From Comamonas sp. (GTDB taxonomy: Bacteria; Pseudomonadota; Gammaproteobacteria; Burkholderiales; Burkholderiaceae_C), in contig JBJEZV010000193.1 of the NCBI GenBank assembly GCA_051887595.1, positions 1-35,581 on the forward strand: DNA of 35,581 nt, read 5' to 3'. Each line of letters opens with the position of its first letter. Position 1 is the stretch's first letter. The position numbers were made by a program, and so were the translations under genes. Below, piece after piece: positions 1-8,140 of the stretch. The notes below the pieces were generated by a model, which was not told the DNA's origin, ran no database searches, and saw only the letters and a program-made list of their open reading frames with translations.

Positions 1-395
1 TCGCGGCGGAAGCCACGCAGGAAGAACTGCATTTGCTCGTTGACCATGGTGTGCTTGGTCACGCGCTCTTCGAACTCAGCCTTTTGGGTGGCGTTAGGCA
101 GCTCTCCGTACAGCAGCAAGTAGCAAGTTTCCAGGAAGTTGCAGTTCTTGGCCAGTTGTTCGATGGGGTAGCCGCGGTACAGCAGTTCGCCCTTGTCACC
201 GTCGATGTAGGTGATGGCGGACTGGCAAGAAGCCGTAGAGAGGAAGCCGGGGTCATATGTAAACATGCCCGACTGTGCATACAGCTTGCGGATGTCAATC
301 ACATCCGGGCCGATATTGCCTTGGTAGACCGGCAGTTCGACGCTGGGGGCGCCATTGCTGAAAGACAGGGTTGCTTTGTTGTCGGCGAGTTTCAT
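1..395 (-). CDS. gltA: Citrate synthase (type II), 5' part; runs off the left edge
   Basis: Not in the ORF track. Manual translation from ATG at 395 gives [82 protein letters not shown], the typical GltA N-terminus. AAGGA RBS upstream; follows the sdh genes. Confidence 0.96.
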   Translation of the reverse strand, partial: MKLADNKATLSFSNGAPSVELPVYQGNIGPDVIDIRKLYAQSGMFTYDPGFLSTASCQSAITYIDGDKGELLYRGYPIEQLAKNCNFLETCYLLLYGELPNATQKAEFEERVTKHTMVNEQMQFFLRGFRR

Positions 396-457
396 TTCCA
401 ACTTCCTTCTCTGATTGGCCGACCCGGAGGGGCCGGCCTTATTGCAGGTTGTGCGGC

Positions 458-733
458 TCAGGCGGGCTTGCGCACCATTGCCAGCACTTCTCTAACTTCG
501 GGGGTGTCCAAGGCCCCTTCGGGCTCCTTGCGGCGCAAGAAGAGGTCCATCAGATCGTTGTCTGCCAAGTCCATCAAGGCAGACAATCCAGCTGCGTGTC
601 TCCGCGTCAACTGGTTGCCATACGTGGCGAAAAATTTCTCGATGTAGAGATCGTTTTCGACCAAGCCACGGCGGCTACGCCACCGCAGCAAGTCGCGTTC
701 TCGTTCTTCGAGCAAAGCGTCCATAGCGTCCAT
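458..733 (-). CDS. sdhE: Succinate dehydrogenase flavinylation/assembly factor SdhE
   Basis: 91 aa with [13 protein letters not shown] (RGxxE motif) and DNDLMDL; directly downstream of sdhB. Confidence 0.92.
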   Translation of the reverse strand: MDAMDALLEERERDLLRWRSRRGLVENDLYIEKFFATYGNQLTRRHAAGLSALMDLADNDLMDLFLRRKEPEGALDTPEVREVLAMVRKPA

Positions 734-736
734 GGA

Positions 737-1441
737 TTAGATGGTGCGACGCACCATCAGCTCCTTGATCTTGCCAATCGCCTTGGTGGGGTTCAGGTGC
801 TTGGGGCACACGTCCACGCAGTTCATGATGGTGTGGCAACGGAACAGACGGTAAGGGTCTTCCAAGTTGTCCAGACGCGCATCGGTGGCGGTGTCGCGGC
901 TGTCCGCAATGAAGCGGTAGGCTTGCAGCAGACCAGCGGGGCCAACGAACTTGTCAGGGTTCCACCAGAACGAAGGGCAGCTGGTCGAGCAGCTGGCGCA
1001 CAAGATGCACTCGTACAAGCCGTTGAGTTCTTCGCGCTCTTCGGGCGACTGCAGACGCTCTTTGTTGGAGGTCGCGTAGATGTCGCTTTGCAGGTAAGGC
1101 TTGATCGAGTGGTACTGCTTGAAGAACTGTGTCATGTCCACGATCAGGTCGCGGATCACTGGCAGGCCAGGCAGGGGCTTGAGCACGATGTCACCCTTCA
1201 AGGTGTTCATGTTGGTCAAGCAGGCCAGACCGTTCTTGCCATTGATGTTCATGGCGTCAGAACCACACACACCTTCGCGGCAAGAGCGACGGAAAGAGAT
1301 CGAAGGATCTTGGGCCTTGAGCTTGACCAAGGCATCCAGCAGCATGCGTTCGTGGCCGTCGAGTTCAACCTCGACAGTCTGCATGTAGGGCTTGGCATCC
1401 TTATCGGGGTCGTAGCGGTAAATCTTAAAAGTACGCTTCAT
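737..1441 (-). CDS. sdhB: Succinate dehydrogenase iron-sulfur subunit
   Basis: Fe-S motifs SCREGVCGSD, CILCASCSTSCP and CHTIMNCVDVCPK. Confidence 0.98.
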   Translation of the reverse strand: MKRTFKIYRYDPDKDAKPYMQTVEVELDGHERMLLDALVKLKAQDPSISFRRSCREGVCGSDAMNINGKNGLACLTNMNTLKGDIVLKPLPGLPVIRDLIVDMTQFFKQYHSIKPYLQSDIYATSNKERLQSPEEREELNGLYECILCASCSTSCPSFWWNPDKFVGPAGLLQAYRFIADSRDTATDARLDNLEDPYRLFRCHTIMNCVDVCPKHLNPTKAIGKIKELMVRRTI

Positions 1442-1471
1442 TTTGAATTTCTCTCGTGGGCTACTACTGGA

Positions 1472-3277
1472 TTAGAACGTACGGACCTTGGGAGGAACGG
1501 AGTCCACGGTCAGAGGCTTGAGGTTCACAGGCTTGTACGACAGGCTGTTGGAAGCGCTGTCCCACAGGGTGTGCTTGAGCCATTCCTTGTCGTTACGGCC
1601 CAGGGGGAATTCAGGGTGGTCAGCAGGGTGCTCGTAGTCGTACACAGTGTGTGCACCACGGCATTCCTTGCGAGCAGCGGCGGAAGTCATGGTGGCCTGA
1701 GCGACTTCGATCAGGTTGTCCACTTCCAGCGCTTCCATACGGGCTGTGTTCCAGACCTTGGACTTGTCCTTGAGGGTCACAGCGCCGACCTTCTCGCGGA
1801 TGTCGTTGATCTTGACCACGCCTTCGTCCATGCTCTTTTGTGTGCGGAACACACCGGCATGCGTTTGCATGGCTTGGCGGATTTCGCCAGCGATGTCCTG
1901 GGCGTAAGTGCCTTCCTTGGAGTTATCCAGCTCATTGAGGCGAGCCAGCGTGCGGTCAGCGCCATCGGCAGGAACGGCCAGGTTGTCGCCAAAGCCCTTG
2001 ACGAATTCCACAATGTGCTTGCCCGCGGACTTGCCAAACACCAGCAGGTCCAGCAGCGAGTTGGTGCCCAGACGGTTGGCGCCGTGCACCGACACGCAAG
2101 AGCATTCGCCCACAGCGTACAAGCCATTGACCACGCGGTTTTGTGTGCCGTCGTAAGTCACCACTTGGCCGTGGATGTTGGTGGGGATACCGCCCATCTG
2201 GTAGTGGATGGTCGGCACCACAGGGATAGGTTCCTTGGTGATGTCGACGTTGGCGAAGTTGTGACCAATTTCTTCCACCGAAGGCAGGCGCTTGCGGATG
2301 GTTTCTGCACCCAGGTGGTCCAGCTTCATCAGGATGTAGTCCTTGTTAGGACCGCAGCCACGACCTTCCTTGATTTCCTGGTCCATCGAGCGCGACACGA
2401 AGTCACGAGGTGCCAAGTCCTTCAGGGTAGGTGCATAGCGCTCCATGAAACGCTCGCCTTCGCTGTTGAGCAAAATAGCGCCTTCACCACGGCAGCCTTC
2501 GGTCAGCAGCACGCCTGCGCCGGCCACGCCGGTGGGGTGGAACTGCCAGAACTCCATGTCCTGCAATGGGATGCCTGCACGTGCAGCCATGCCCAGACCG
2601 TCGCCGGTGTTAATAAAGGCGTTGGTAGAGGCTTGGAAAATTCGGCCAGCGCCGCCGGTAGCCAGCAGCACGGCCTTGGCGTGCAGCTCATACAGGTCGC
2701 CAGTTTCCAGCTCCAGTGCTGTCACGCCCACCACGTCACCCTGGGTGTTGCGGATCAGGTCCAGGGCCATCCACTCCACGAAGAAGTTGGTCTTGGATGC
2801 CACGTTCTGTTGGTACAGCGTGTGCAGCATGGCGTGACCGGTACGGTCAGCGGCAGCGCAAGCGCGTTGCACAGGCTTTTCACCGTAGTTGGCGGTGTGG
2901 CCGCCGAATGGACGCTGGTAGATGGTACCGTCAGGGTTGCGGTCGAACGGCATGCCGAAGTGTTCCAACTCGATCACGACGTTGGGTGCTTCACGGCACA
3001 TGAATTCGATGGCATCTTGGTCACCCAGCCAGTCCGAACCCTTGATGGTGTCGTAGAAGTGGTAGTGCCAGTTGTCTTCGCTCATGTTGCCCAGCGAAGC
3101 TGACACGCCGCCTTGGGCCGCCACGGTGTGCGAACGTGTGGGGAACACCTTGGACAGCGACGCCACGCTCAAACCCGCGCGGGACAGTTCCAATGCGGCA
3201 CGCAGACCGGAGCCGCCAGCGCCGACGATAACCACGTCAAATTTGCGCTTGGTGATGTTTGCTTTTGTGTAGCTCAT
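1472..3277 (-). CDS. sdhA: Succinate dehydrogenase flavoprotein subunit
   Basis: GAGGSG FAD motif, RSHTVAAQGG (covalent-FAD His), QFHPTG and HGANRLGTNSL. Confidence 0.98.
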   Translation of the reverse strand: MSYTKANITKRKFDVVIVGAGGSGLRAALELSRAGLSVASLSKVFPTRSHTVAAQGGVSASLGNMSEDNWHYHFYDTIKGSDWLGDQDAIEFMCREAPNVVIELEHFGMPFDRNPDGTIYQRPFGGHTANYGEKPVQRACAAADRTGHAMLHTLYQQNVASKTNFFVEWMALDLIRNTQGDVVGVTALELETGDLYELHAKAVLLATGGAGRIFQASTNAFINTGDGLGMAARAGIPLQDMEFWQFHPTGVAGAGVLLTEGCRGEGAILLNSEGERFMERYAPTLKDLAPRDFVSRSMDQEIKEGRGCGPNKDYILMKLDHLGAETIRKRLPSVEEIGHNFANVDITKEPIPVVPTIHYQMGGIPTNIHGQVVTYDGTQNRVVNGLYAVGECSCVSVHGANRLGTNSLLDLLVFGKSAGKHIVEFVKGFGDNLAVPADGADRTLARLNELDNSKEGTYAQDIAGEIRQAMQTHAGVFRTQKSMDEGVVKINDIREKVGAVTLKDKSKVWNTARMEALEVDNLIEVAQATMTSAAARKECRGAHTVYDYEHPADHPEFPLGRNDKEWLKHTLWDSASNSLSYKPVNLKPLTVDSVPPKVRTF

Positions 3278-3314
3278 TCTTAACCTTCAATCGTGAGGAG
3301 CGGTCTTGCGCCGA

Positions 3315-3680
3315 TCACAGACGCCACAGAACTTGAAAACCCCAGCCAGCGCAGCCGACCAGCCAAATGAGGGCGAAAACGTGCAAAGCCAGACGCAGGC
3401 CAGCCGACTTCACATAGTCCATCCAGACATTGCGCACGCCAACCCAAACGTGCCAGATCAGCGCCAAGATCAGGCCAAAGGTGAGGAATTTCATCCACTG
3501 TGCGGCAAAGATGCCTGCCCACAGTTCATAGCCAATCTCGCCTTGCGAGAACAGCACCTGGGCCAACACCACAACGGTGAACACCACCATCAGCACAGCA
3601 GTGACGCGTTGGACCAGCCAGTCGCGAACGCCATAGTGAGCACCAACTGTGGTGCGCTTGGATCCGTAATTCACAGACAT
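3315..3680 (-). CDS. sdhD: Succinate dehydrogenase hydrophobic membrane anchor
   Basis: DWLVQRVTA, heme His in IWHVWVG, MDYVK; three hydrophobic helices; operon position. Confidence 0.95.
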   Translation of the reverse strand: MSVNYGSKRTTVGAHYGVRDWLVQRVTAVLMVVFTVVVLAQVLFSQGEIGYELWAGIFAAQWMKFLTFGLILALIWHVWVGVRNVWMDYVKSAGLRLALHVFALIWLVGCAGWGFQVLWRL

Positions 3681-3704
3681 TTCTTTTCCTATCGCGAAAA
3701 ATGC

Positions 3705-4139
3705 TTAGTACAGGCCAAACAGCTTGGCGCCCAAAATCACGGTCAGAGCAATACTGATCACCAGCACCACAGTCGCCGATGTCTTGGCAAAGGACTTGTT
3801 CACAGCGCTGTGGTTCACGTCCATGATCAGGTGGCGCAAACCAGCGAGCAGGTGATGCAGGTATGCCCAGATGATGGCCAGAGCTACCAAAGTGATGAAC
3901 CAGCCAGGAATAAATCCGCAGCCTTCGTTGAAAACTGCTTTGAACTTGGCAAAGGAATATTCAGAAGACAGGGAGTTGTCAAACATCCAAATAATGAATG
4001 GCAACAACACAAACATCAGCATGCCGCTGATGCGATGCAGAATGGACACATAACCACCCACAGGGAGTCGATGTGGCATTCCTTCAAGGACGTTGATATT
4101 GCGGAACTCGGGCCGCTTTTTCTTTGCTAGCTCTGTCAT
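3705..4139 (-). CDS. sdhC: Succinate dehydrogenase cytochrome b556 subunit
   Basis: RP...SILHRISG and HHLLAGLRHLIMD motifs. Confidence 0.95.
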   Translation of the reverse strand: MTELAKKKRPEFRNINVLEGMPHRLPVGGYVSILHRISGMLMFVLLPFIIWMFDNSLSSEYSFAKFKAVFNEGCGFIPGWFITLVALAIIWAYLHHLLAGLRHLIMDVNHSAVNKSFAKTSATVVLVISIALTVILGAKLFGLY

Positions 4140-4270
4140 GGCGGGGTGCTTTCGTAGATGTAACTGCGTCTAATCGCGCGGAGCAAAAGATTCAAAATTC
4201 TATTGCACTGACATAGAGATCAGGGTCTGCCGACGCGATTGTTTCCTTTTATCGCCTTGCAACCAAACAA

Positions 4271-5065
4271 TTAGTTCAAAGCGTTTTTGTAGTGGTGTGT
4301 GTCCGTTCTATAAATACCGCGTCGCAACTCCATAGGAATATCGTTGTAGGTATAGGCCACACGCTCCACGCTCAACAGCGGCGTAGCGGTGGAGACTTTG
4401 AGTAACTGTGCCTGTGTCTCGTCAGGCAAAACAGCTCGCAGCTTTTCTTCAGCGCGCACCATGCGCACGCCATAGTCGCCCTCGAACATGGCGTAGGTCG
4501 GGCCTTTATACGTTGCCATTTGCTCTGCAGTCAGACCTTTGAAAGCATGGCCGGGTAACCAAATGTCTTCCAAAATGGTCGGGATACCGCTGAAAGACAG
4601 CACGCGGCGCACTTGAACGACGGTGTCGCCACTACGCAGTGCCAAGAGGCGTGCAATTTCGGCAGGCGCACGCACGCGCTTGCATTCGACGATGTTGCGG
4701 TGCGCACGACCTTCGCCTTCGAGGTTGCCAACATCTGGGTGCAACTTCAAAAAACGGTACTGCACTTGCTGTGCGGTGTGTGTAGCGACGAACGTGCCTT
4801 TGCCTTGGCGACGCATGACCAAGTTCTCGGCTGCCAGTTCATCGATGGCTTTGCGCACGGTGCCTTGGCTGACTTTAAAGCGCGCTGCCAGCTCCATTTC
4901 GCTGGGGATCAACTCTCCAGGGCGCCATTCGCCGGCTTGCAGGCTCTGCAAAATCAAGCCCTTGATTTGCTGATACAAAGGGCTGAAGGCAGGTGTCGAA
5001 GCAGGCGCCGCATTGGCGGACAGGCCGTGGTTGCTTTCAGGAGAGGGTGATTGCGAAGAGGACAT
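4271..5065 (-). CDS. GntR/HutC-family transcriptional regulator (HTH + UTRA), SdhR-type
   Basis: PLYQQIK...IPSEMELAARFKVSQGTVRKA winged HTH plus a C-terminal UTRA-like domain. Start placed at ATG 5065 because the ORF-track start (5143) lies inside the operator palindrome. Confidence 0.88.
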   Translation of the reverse strand: MSSSQSPSPESNHGLSANAAPASTPAFSPLYQQIKGLILQSLQAGEWRPGELIPSEMELAARFKVSQGTVRKAIDELAAENLVMRRQGKGTFVATHTAQQVQYRFLKLHPDVGNLEGEGRAHRNIVECKRVRAPAEIARLLALRSGDTVVQVRRVLSFSGIPTILEDIWLPGHAFKGLTAEQMATYKGPTYAMFEGDYGVRMVRAEEKLRAVLPDETQAQLLKVSTATPLLSVERVAYTYNDIPMELRRGIYRTDTHHYKNALN

Positions 5066-5137
5066 GTTGTGGTGTGAAGAGTTCAAAGCCTCTGGATGCG
5101 AATTGTGCTCAGGTGTGGGAACTCCGTCTCGGGGTGA

Positions 5138-5163
5138 GATCATATCTTATATAAGACATAAGA
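5138..5163. promoter_or_regulatory. Palindromic operator (TCTTATATAAGA core plus CATAAGA), probable site of the adjacent GntR regulator
   Basis: GATCATA-TCTTATATAAGA-CATAAGA in the divergent gntR/mdh intergenic region, abutting the mdh -35. Confidence 0.75.
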
Positions 5164-5167
5164 CAAA

Positions 5168-5197
5168 TTGACCGAGGCTTAAAATCAGGAGTACACT
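5168..5197 (+). promoter_or_regulatory. Sigma70-like promoter for mdh
   Basis: TTGACC (5168-5173), 18 bp spacer, TACACT (5192-5197). Confidence 0.6.
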
Positions 5198-5292
5198 TTC
5201 AGACTGTTCGCGGAGCACAGGCTACTGGTAACAGATGCTGGAGCAACAGTGCGCCGACAACTGTTTATTTCCGAATATCTGGAGTTTTCACC

Positions 5293-6279
5293 ATGAGCAA
5301 GAAGCCCGTTCGTGTGGCCGTGACAGGCGCCGCTGGTCAAATTGGATACGCCCTGTTGTTCCGTATCGCATCCGGCGAAATGTTGGGCAAGGACCAGCCC
5401 GTTATTTTGCAACTGCTCGAAATTCCCGACGAAAAAGCGCAGAACGCCCTTAAGGGTGTGATTATGGAGCTGGAAGACTGCGCATTCCCTCTGCTGGCGG
5501 GCATCGAAGCCCACAGCGACCCCATGCAAGCTTTCAAGGACACCGACTACGCATTGCTGGTGGGTGCCCGTCCTCGCGGCCCCGGCATGGAGCGTGCCGA
5601 CTTGCTGGCAGCTAACGCACAAATCTTCACTGCACAAGGCAAGGCTCTGAATGCCGTGGCTTCGCGCAATGTGAAGGTGCTGGTGGTGGGTAACCCTGCC
5701 AACACCAATGCTTATATCGCTATGAAGTCGGCTCCTGATCTGCCAGCAAAGAACTTCACCGCCATGCTGCGTCTGGACCACAACCGCGCTGCTTCGCAAC
5801 TGGCAGCCAAGGGTGGTTTCAAGGTCGGCGACATCAAGAGCCTGACTGTATGGGGCAACCACTCGCCCACCATGTACGCCGACTACCGTTTCGCTACGGT
5901 GGATGGCAAGTCTGTGAAGGACTTGATCAATGACCAAGAGTGGAACAAGGATGTGTTCCTGCCTACCGTTGGCAAGCGCGGCGCCGCCATCATCAATGCA
6001 CGTGGCTTGTCTTCGGCTGCCTCGGCTGCCAACGCTGCCATCGATCACATGCGTGACTGGGCCCTGGGCTCTAACGGCGAATGGGTGACCATGGGCGTGC
6101 CTTCCAACGGTGAATATGGCATTCCTGCTGGCATCGTGTTTGGCTTCCCTGTGACCACCGAAAACGGCGAATACAAGATCGTCGAAGGTCTGGAAATTGA
6201 TGCCTTCTCGCAAGAGTGCATCAACAAGACCCTGGCTGAGCTGCAGGGCGAGCAGGACGGCGTGAAGCACTTGCTGTAA
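5293..6279 (+). CDS. mdh: Malate dehydrogenase (NAD, type 2)
   Basis: [29 protein letters not shown] and WGNHS; GGAG RBS. Confidence 0.98.
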   Translation: MSKKPVRVAVTGAAGQIGYALLFRIASGEMLGKDQPVILQLLEIPDEKAQNALKGVIMELEDCAFPLLAGIEAHSDPMQAFKDTDYALLVGARPRGPGMERADLLAANAQIFTAQGKALNAVASRNVKVLVVGNPANTNAYIAMKSAPDLPAKNFTAMLRLDHNRAASQLAAKGGFKVGDIKSLTVWGNHSPTMYADYRFATVDGKSVKDLINDQEWNKDVFLPTVGKRGAAIINARGLSSAASAANAAIDHMRDWALGSNGEWVTMGVPSNGEYGIPAGIVFGFPVTTENGEYKIVEGLEIDAFSQECINKTLAELQGEQDGVKHLL

Positions 6280-6451
6280 TTCACTCCCGGGGCACGGCTG
6301 GCATTTCCACAATGCTGGCTGTGCGCCCTCAAAGATCGAGAGATCTTTTGCATAACCAGTTTTCAAGCGCAAAGATGGTTAAGCAAAAGGTGTTTCATCA
6401 GGGTCATCTTCTCCCCGGTGGTCGCGCTTTTATTCCTTGTTTTTTGCCACC

Positions 6452-7450
6452 ATGCTGAACGCTACCCATCCTCGCGAAATCCTTTTGGGCGCTCAAGCTG
6501 CTGCAACCATGTTGCCAGTTTGCGACCACTACAGCGGCGTGGAAGTGCGGATGCGCAAGAGTCTGGAGCTGCAGGCGCAGATGATGCAGGAGTTCGGCCA
6601 CTGCGTTTTTGACGTGACGCTGGACTGCGAAGACGGCGCCGCGGTCGGCCAAGAGAAAGCCCACGCCCAACTGGTGGCGCAACTGGCCAAGGATGCTGTT
6701 CCTGGTGCCCGCGTGGCTGCGCGCGTACATGCCGTAGACCACCCCAGTTTTGAAGAAGACATTGCCACCATCGTGGGTGAGGCCAGCCATAAGTTGTGCC
6801 ACATCATGCTGCCCAAGGTGGAGTCGGTGGACGATATCGAGCGTGCGGTACGGCTGCTGGAGCGGGCTTCTGGCGCGCACATTCCGGTCCATGCGCTGAT
6901 CGAGTCGCCGGCTGCCGTGCATCGGGCCTTTGAGATTGCTGCGCACCCCAGAGTGCAAAGCCTGTCGTTTGGATTGATGGATTTTGTATCGGCCCATGCC
7001 GGGGCCATTCCTGGCGCGGCGATGGGCGTGCAAGGACAGTTCACCCACCCACTGGTGGTGCGTGCCAAGCTAGAGCTAGCTGCGGCTTGCCACGCCCACG
7101 GCAAAGTGCCATCGCACTGTGTGGTCACCGAGTTCAAAGATGCTGAGGCGCTGGGCGCGGCTGCGCAGCATGCCAGCCAGCAATTGGGATACACGCGCAT
7201 GTGGAGCATCCATCCTGCGCAAATTCGGCCCATCTTGGCGGCATTTGCGCCTTCACAGCAAGAAGTGCAGTTGGCGAGCGATATTTTGTTGGCGGCGCAG
7301 GCCCAGGCCTGGGCGCCTATTAGCCATGACGGGGTCTTGCATGACCGCGCCAGTTACCGTTATTACTGGCAGTTGCTGGAACGTGCCCACAGAACTGCAA
7401 GGGCTTTACCGCCAGAGGCACGACAATGGTTCGACGAGCATGTGCAATGA
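6452..7450 (+). CDS. CitE/HpcH family (citrate lyase beta-like) acyl-CoA lyase
   Basis: LDCEDG, MLPKVES, ALIES, SLSFGLMDF and WSIHPAQI are CitE-family motifs; ATG at 6452. Confidence 0.85.
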   Translation: MLNATHPREILLGAQAAATMLPVCDHYSGVEVRMRKSLELQAQMMQEFGHCVFDVTLDCEDGAAVGQEKAHAQLVAQLAKDAVPGARVAARVHAVDHPSFEEDIATIVGEASHKLCHIMLPKVESVDDIERAVRLLERASGAHIPVHALIESPAAVHRAFEIAAHPRVQSLSFGLMDFVSAHAGAIPGAAMGVQGQFTHPLVVRAKLELAAACHAHGKVPSHCVVTEFKDAEALGAAAQHASQQLGYTRMWSIHPAQIRPILAAFAPSQQEVQLASDILLAAQAQAWAPISHDGVLHDRASYRYYWQLLERAHRTARALPPEARQWFDEHVQ

Positions 7451-7499
7451 ATTGCACACTTGTTCTTCCATTTCTACTTTTTCCTCCGTTGGAGCTCGC

Positions 7500-8078
7500 A
7501 TGAAACGCTTGTTCGCCTCTGTTTTGTTGATGGTGCCTGTGCTGGCCATGACTTCCTTGCCCGCCGCTGCCCAAGCTTCTGGTGCGTCGGCCAAGAAGAC
7601 CACGACCGTCAAAAAGACCACTGCCACTAAAAAGACCACGCCCGTCAAGAAAACCACGGCACGCAAAGCAGCTGCTGGTGCAGCAGGCGTGGGTGCAGCG
7701 GCAGCGGTGCTTGCGCCGCGCATACTCAATGCCGATGAACTGGCGATGGCAGATCGTGTCTACACCGGTCGCATTGCTTGTGAACTGGGCCAGCACGTGA
7801 ATGTGGCCAAAGATGACAAAAATCCTGGCCACTTCTTAGTGAGTGGCTCGGGCTTTAACTTCCATATGGCGCCCGTGGGCACTAGCACTGGCGTGGTCCG
7901 GTTAGAAGACCAGAACGCCGGTGCTGTGTGGCTGCAAATCGCCAATAAATCCATGCTCATGAACCAAAAGCAAGGCAAACGCCTGGCCGATGAGTGCATG
8001 AGCCCTGAACAACTTCAAGTGGCTGAAGCCATTAAGAAGGCCCCCCCCCAGAGTTTGCTGGACGCACCGGCCAAATAA
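7500..8078 (+). CDS. Secreted hypothetical protein: signal peptide, Lys/Thr repeat linker, small Cys-pair beta domain (possibly MliC/PliC-like)
   Basis: ATG 7500 after GGAG; MKRLFASVLLMVPVLAMTSLPAAAQA signal peptide; ACELG...DECM Cys pair. The upstream extension in the ORF track (from 7119) overlaps the previous gene. Confidence 0.75.
   Translation: MKRLFASVLLMVPVLAMTSLPAAAQASGASAKKTTTVKKTTATKKTTPVKKTTARKAAAGAAGVGAAAAVLAPRILNADELAMADRVYTGRIACELGQHVNVAKDDKNPGHFLVSGSGFNFHMAPVGTSTGVVRLEDQNAGAVWLQIANKSMLMNQKQGKRLADECMSPEQLQVAEAIKKAPPQSLLDAPAK
7593..7664 (+). repeat. Four 18-nt coding tandem repeats encoding KKTTxx
   Basis: KKTTTV-KKTTAT-KKTTPV-KKTTAR. Confidence 0.85.
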
Positions 8079-8140
8079 GGCAGGGCTGTCAAGCGCGAAG
8101 AACGCTGCCCCACTCTTAGAAAACCAATGGAGAGAGAACC

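Noticed and set aside
371-3103. 910-aa plus-strand ORF, and similar long opposite-strand ORFs (8015..10825, 20957..22828, 22887..25040, 5185..6372)
   Set aside because: Antisense shadows of strongly codon-biased genes (sdhAB, acnB, tol, mdh); no recognisable motifs or RBS.
6345-6389. Hairpin CTTTTGCATAACCA...TGGTTAAGCAAAAG after mdh as a fifth 80-bp element
   Set aside because: A real inverted repeat, but shorter and lacking the AGCT/GCCT ends; function not assignable.
8041-8049. C9 homopolymer as a phase-variation tract
   Set aside because: It encodes Ala-Pro-Pro within the last ~12 codons of the gene, so slippage would alter only the extreme C-terminus.
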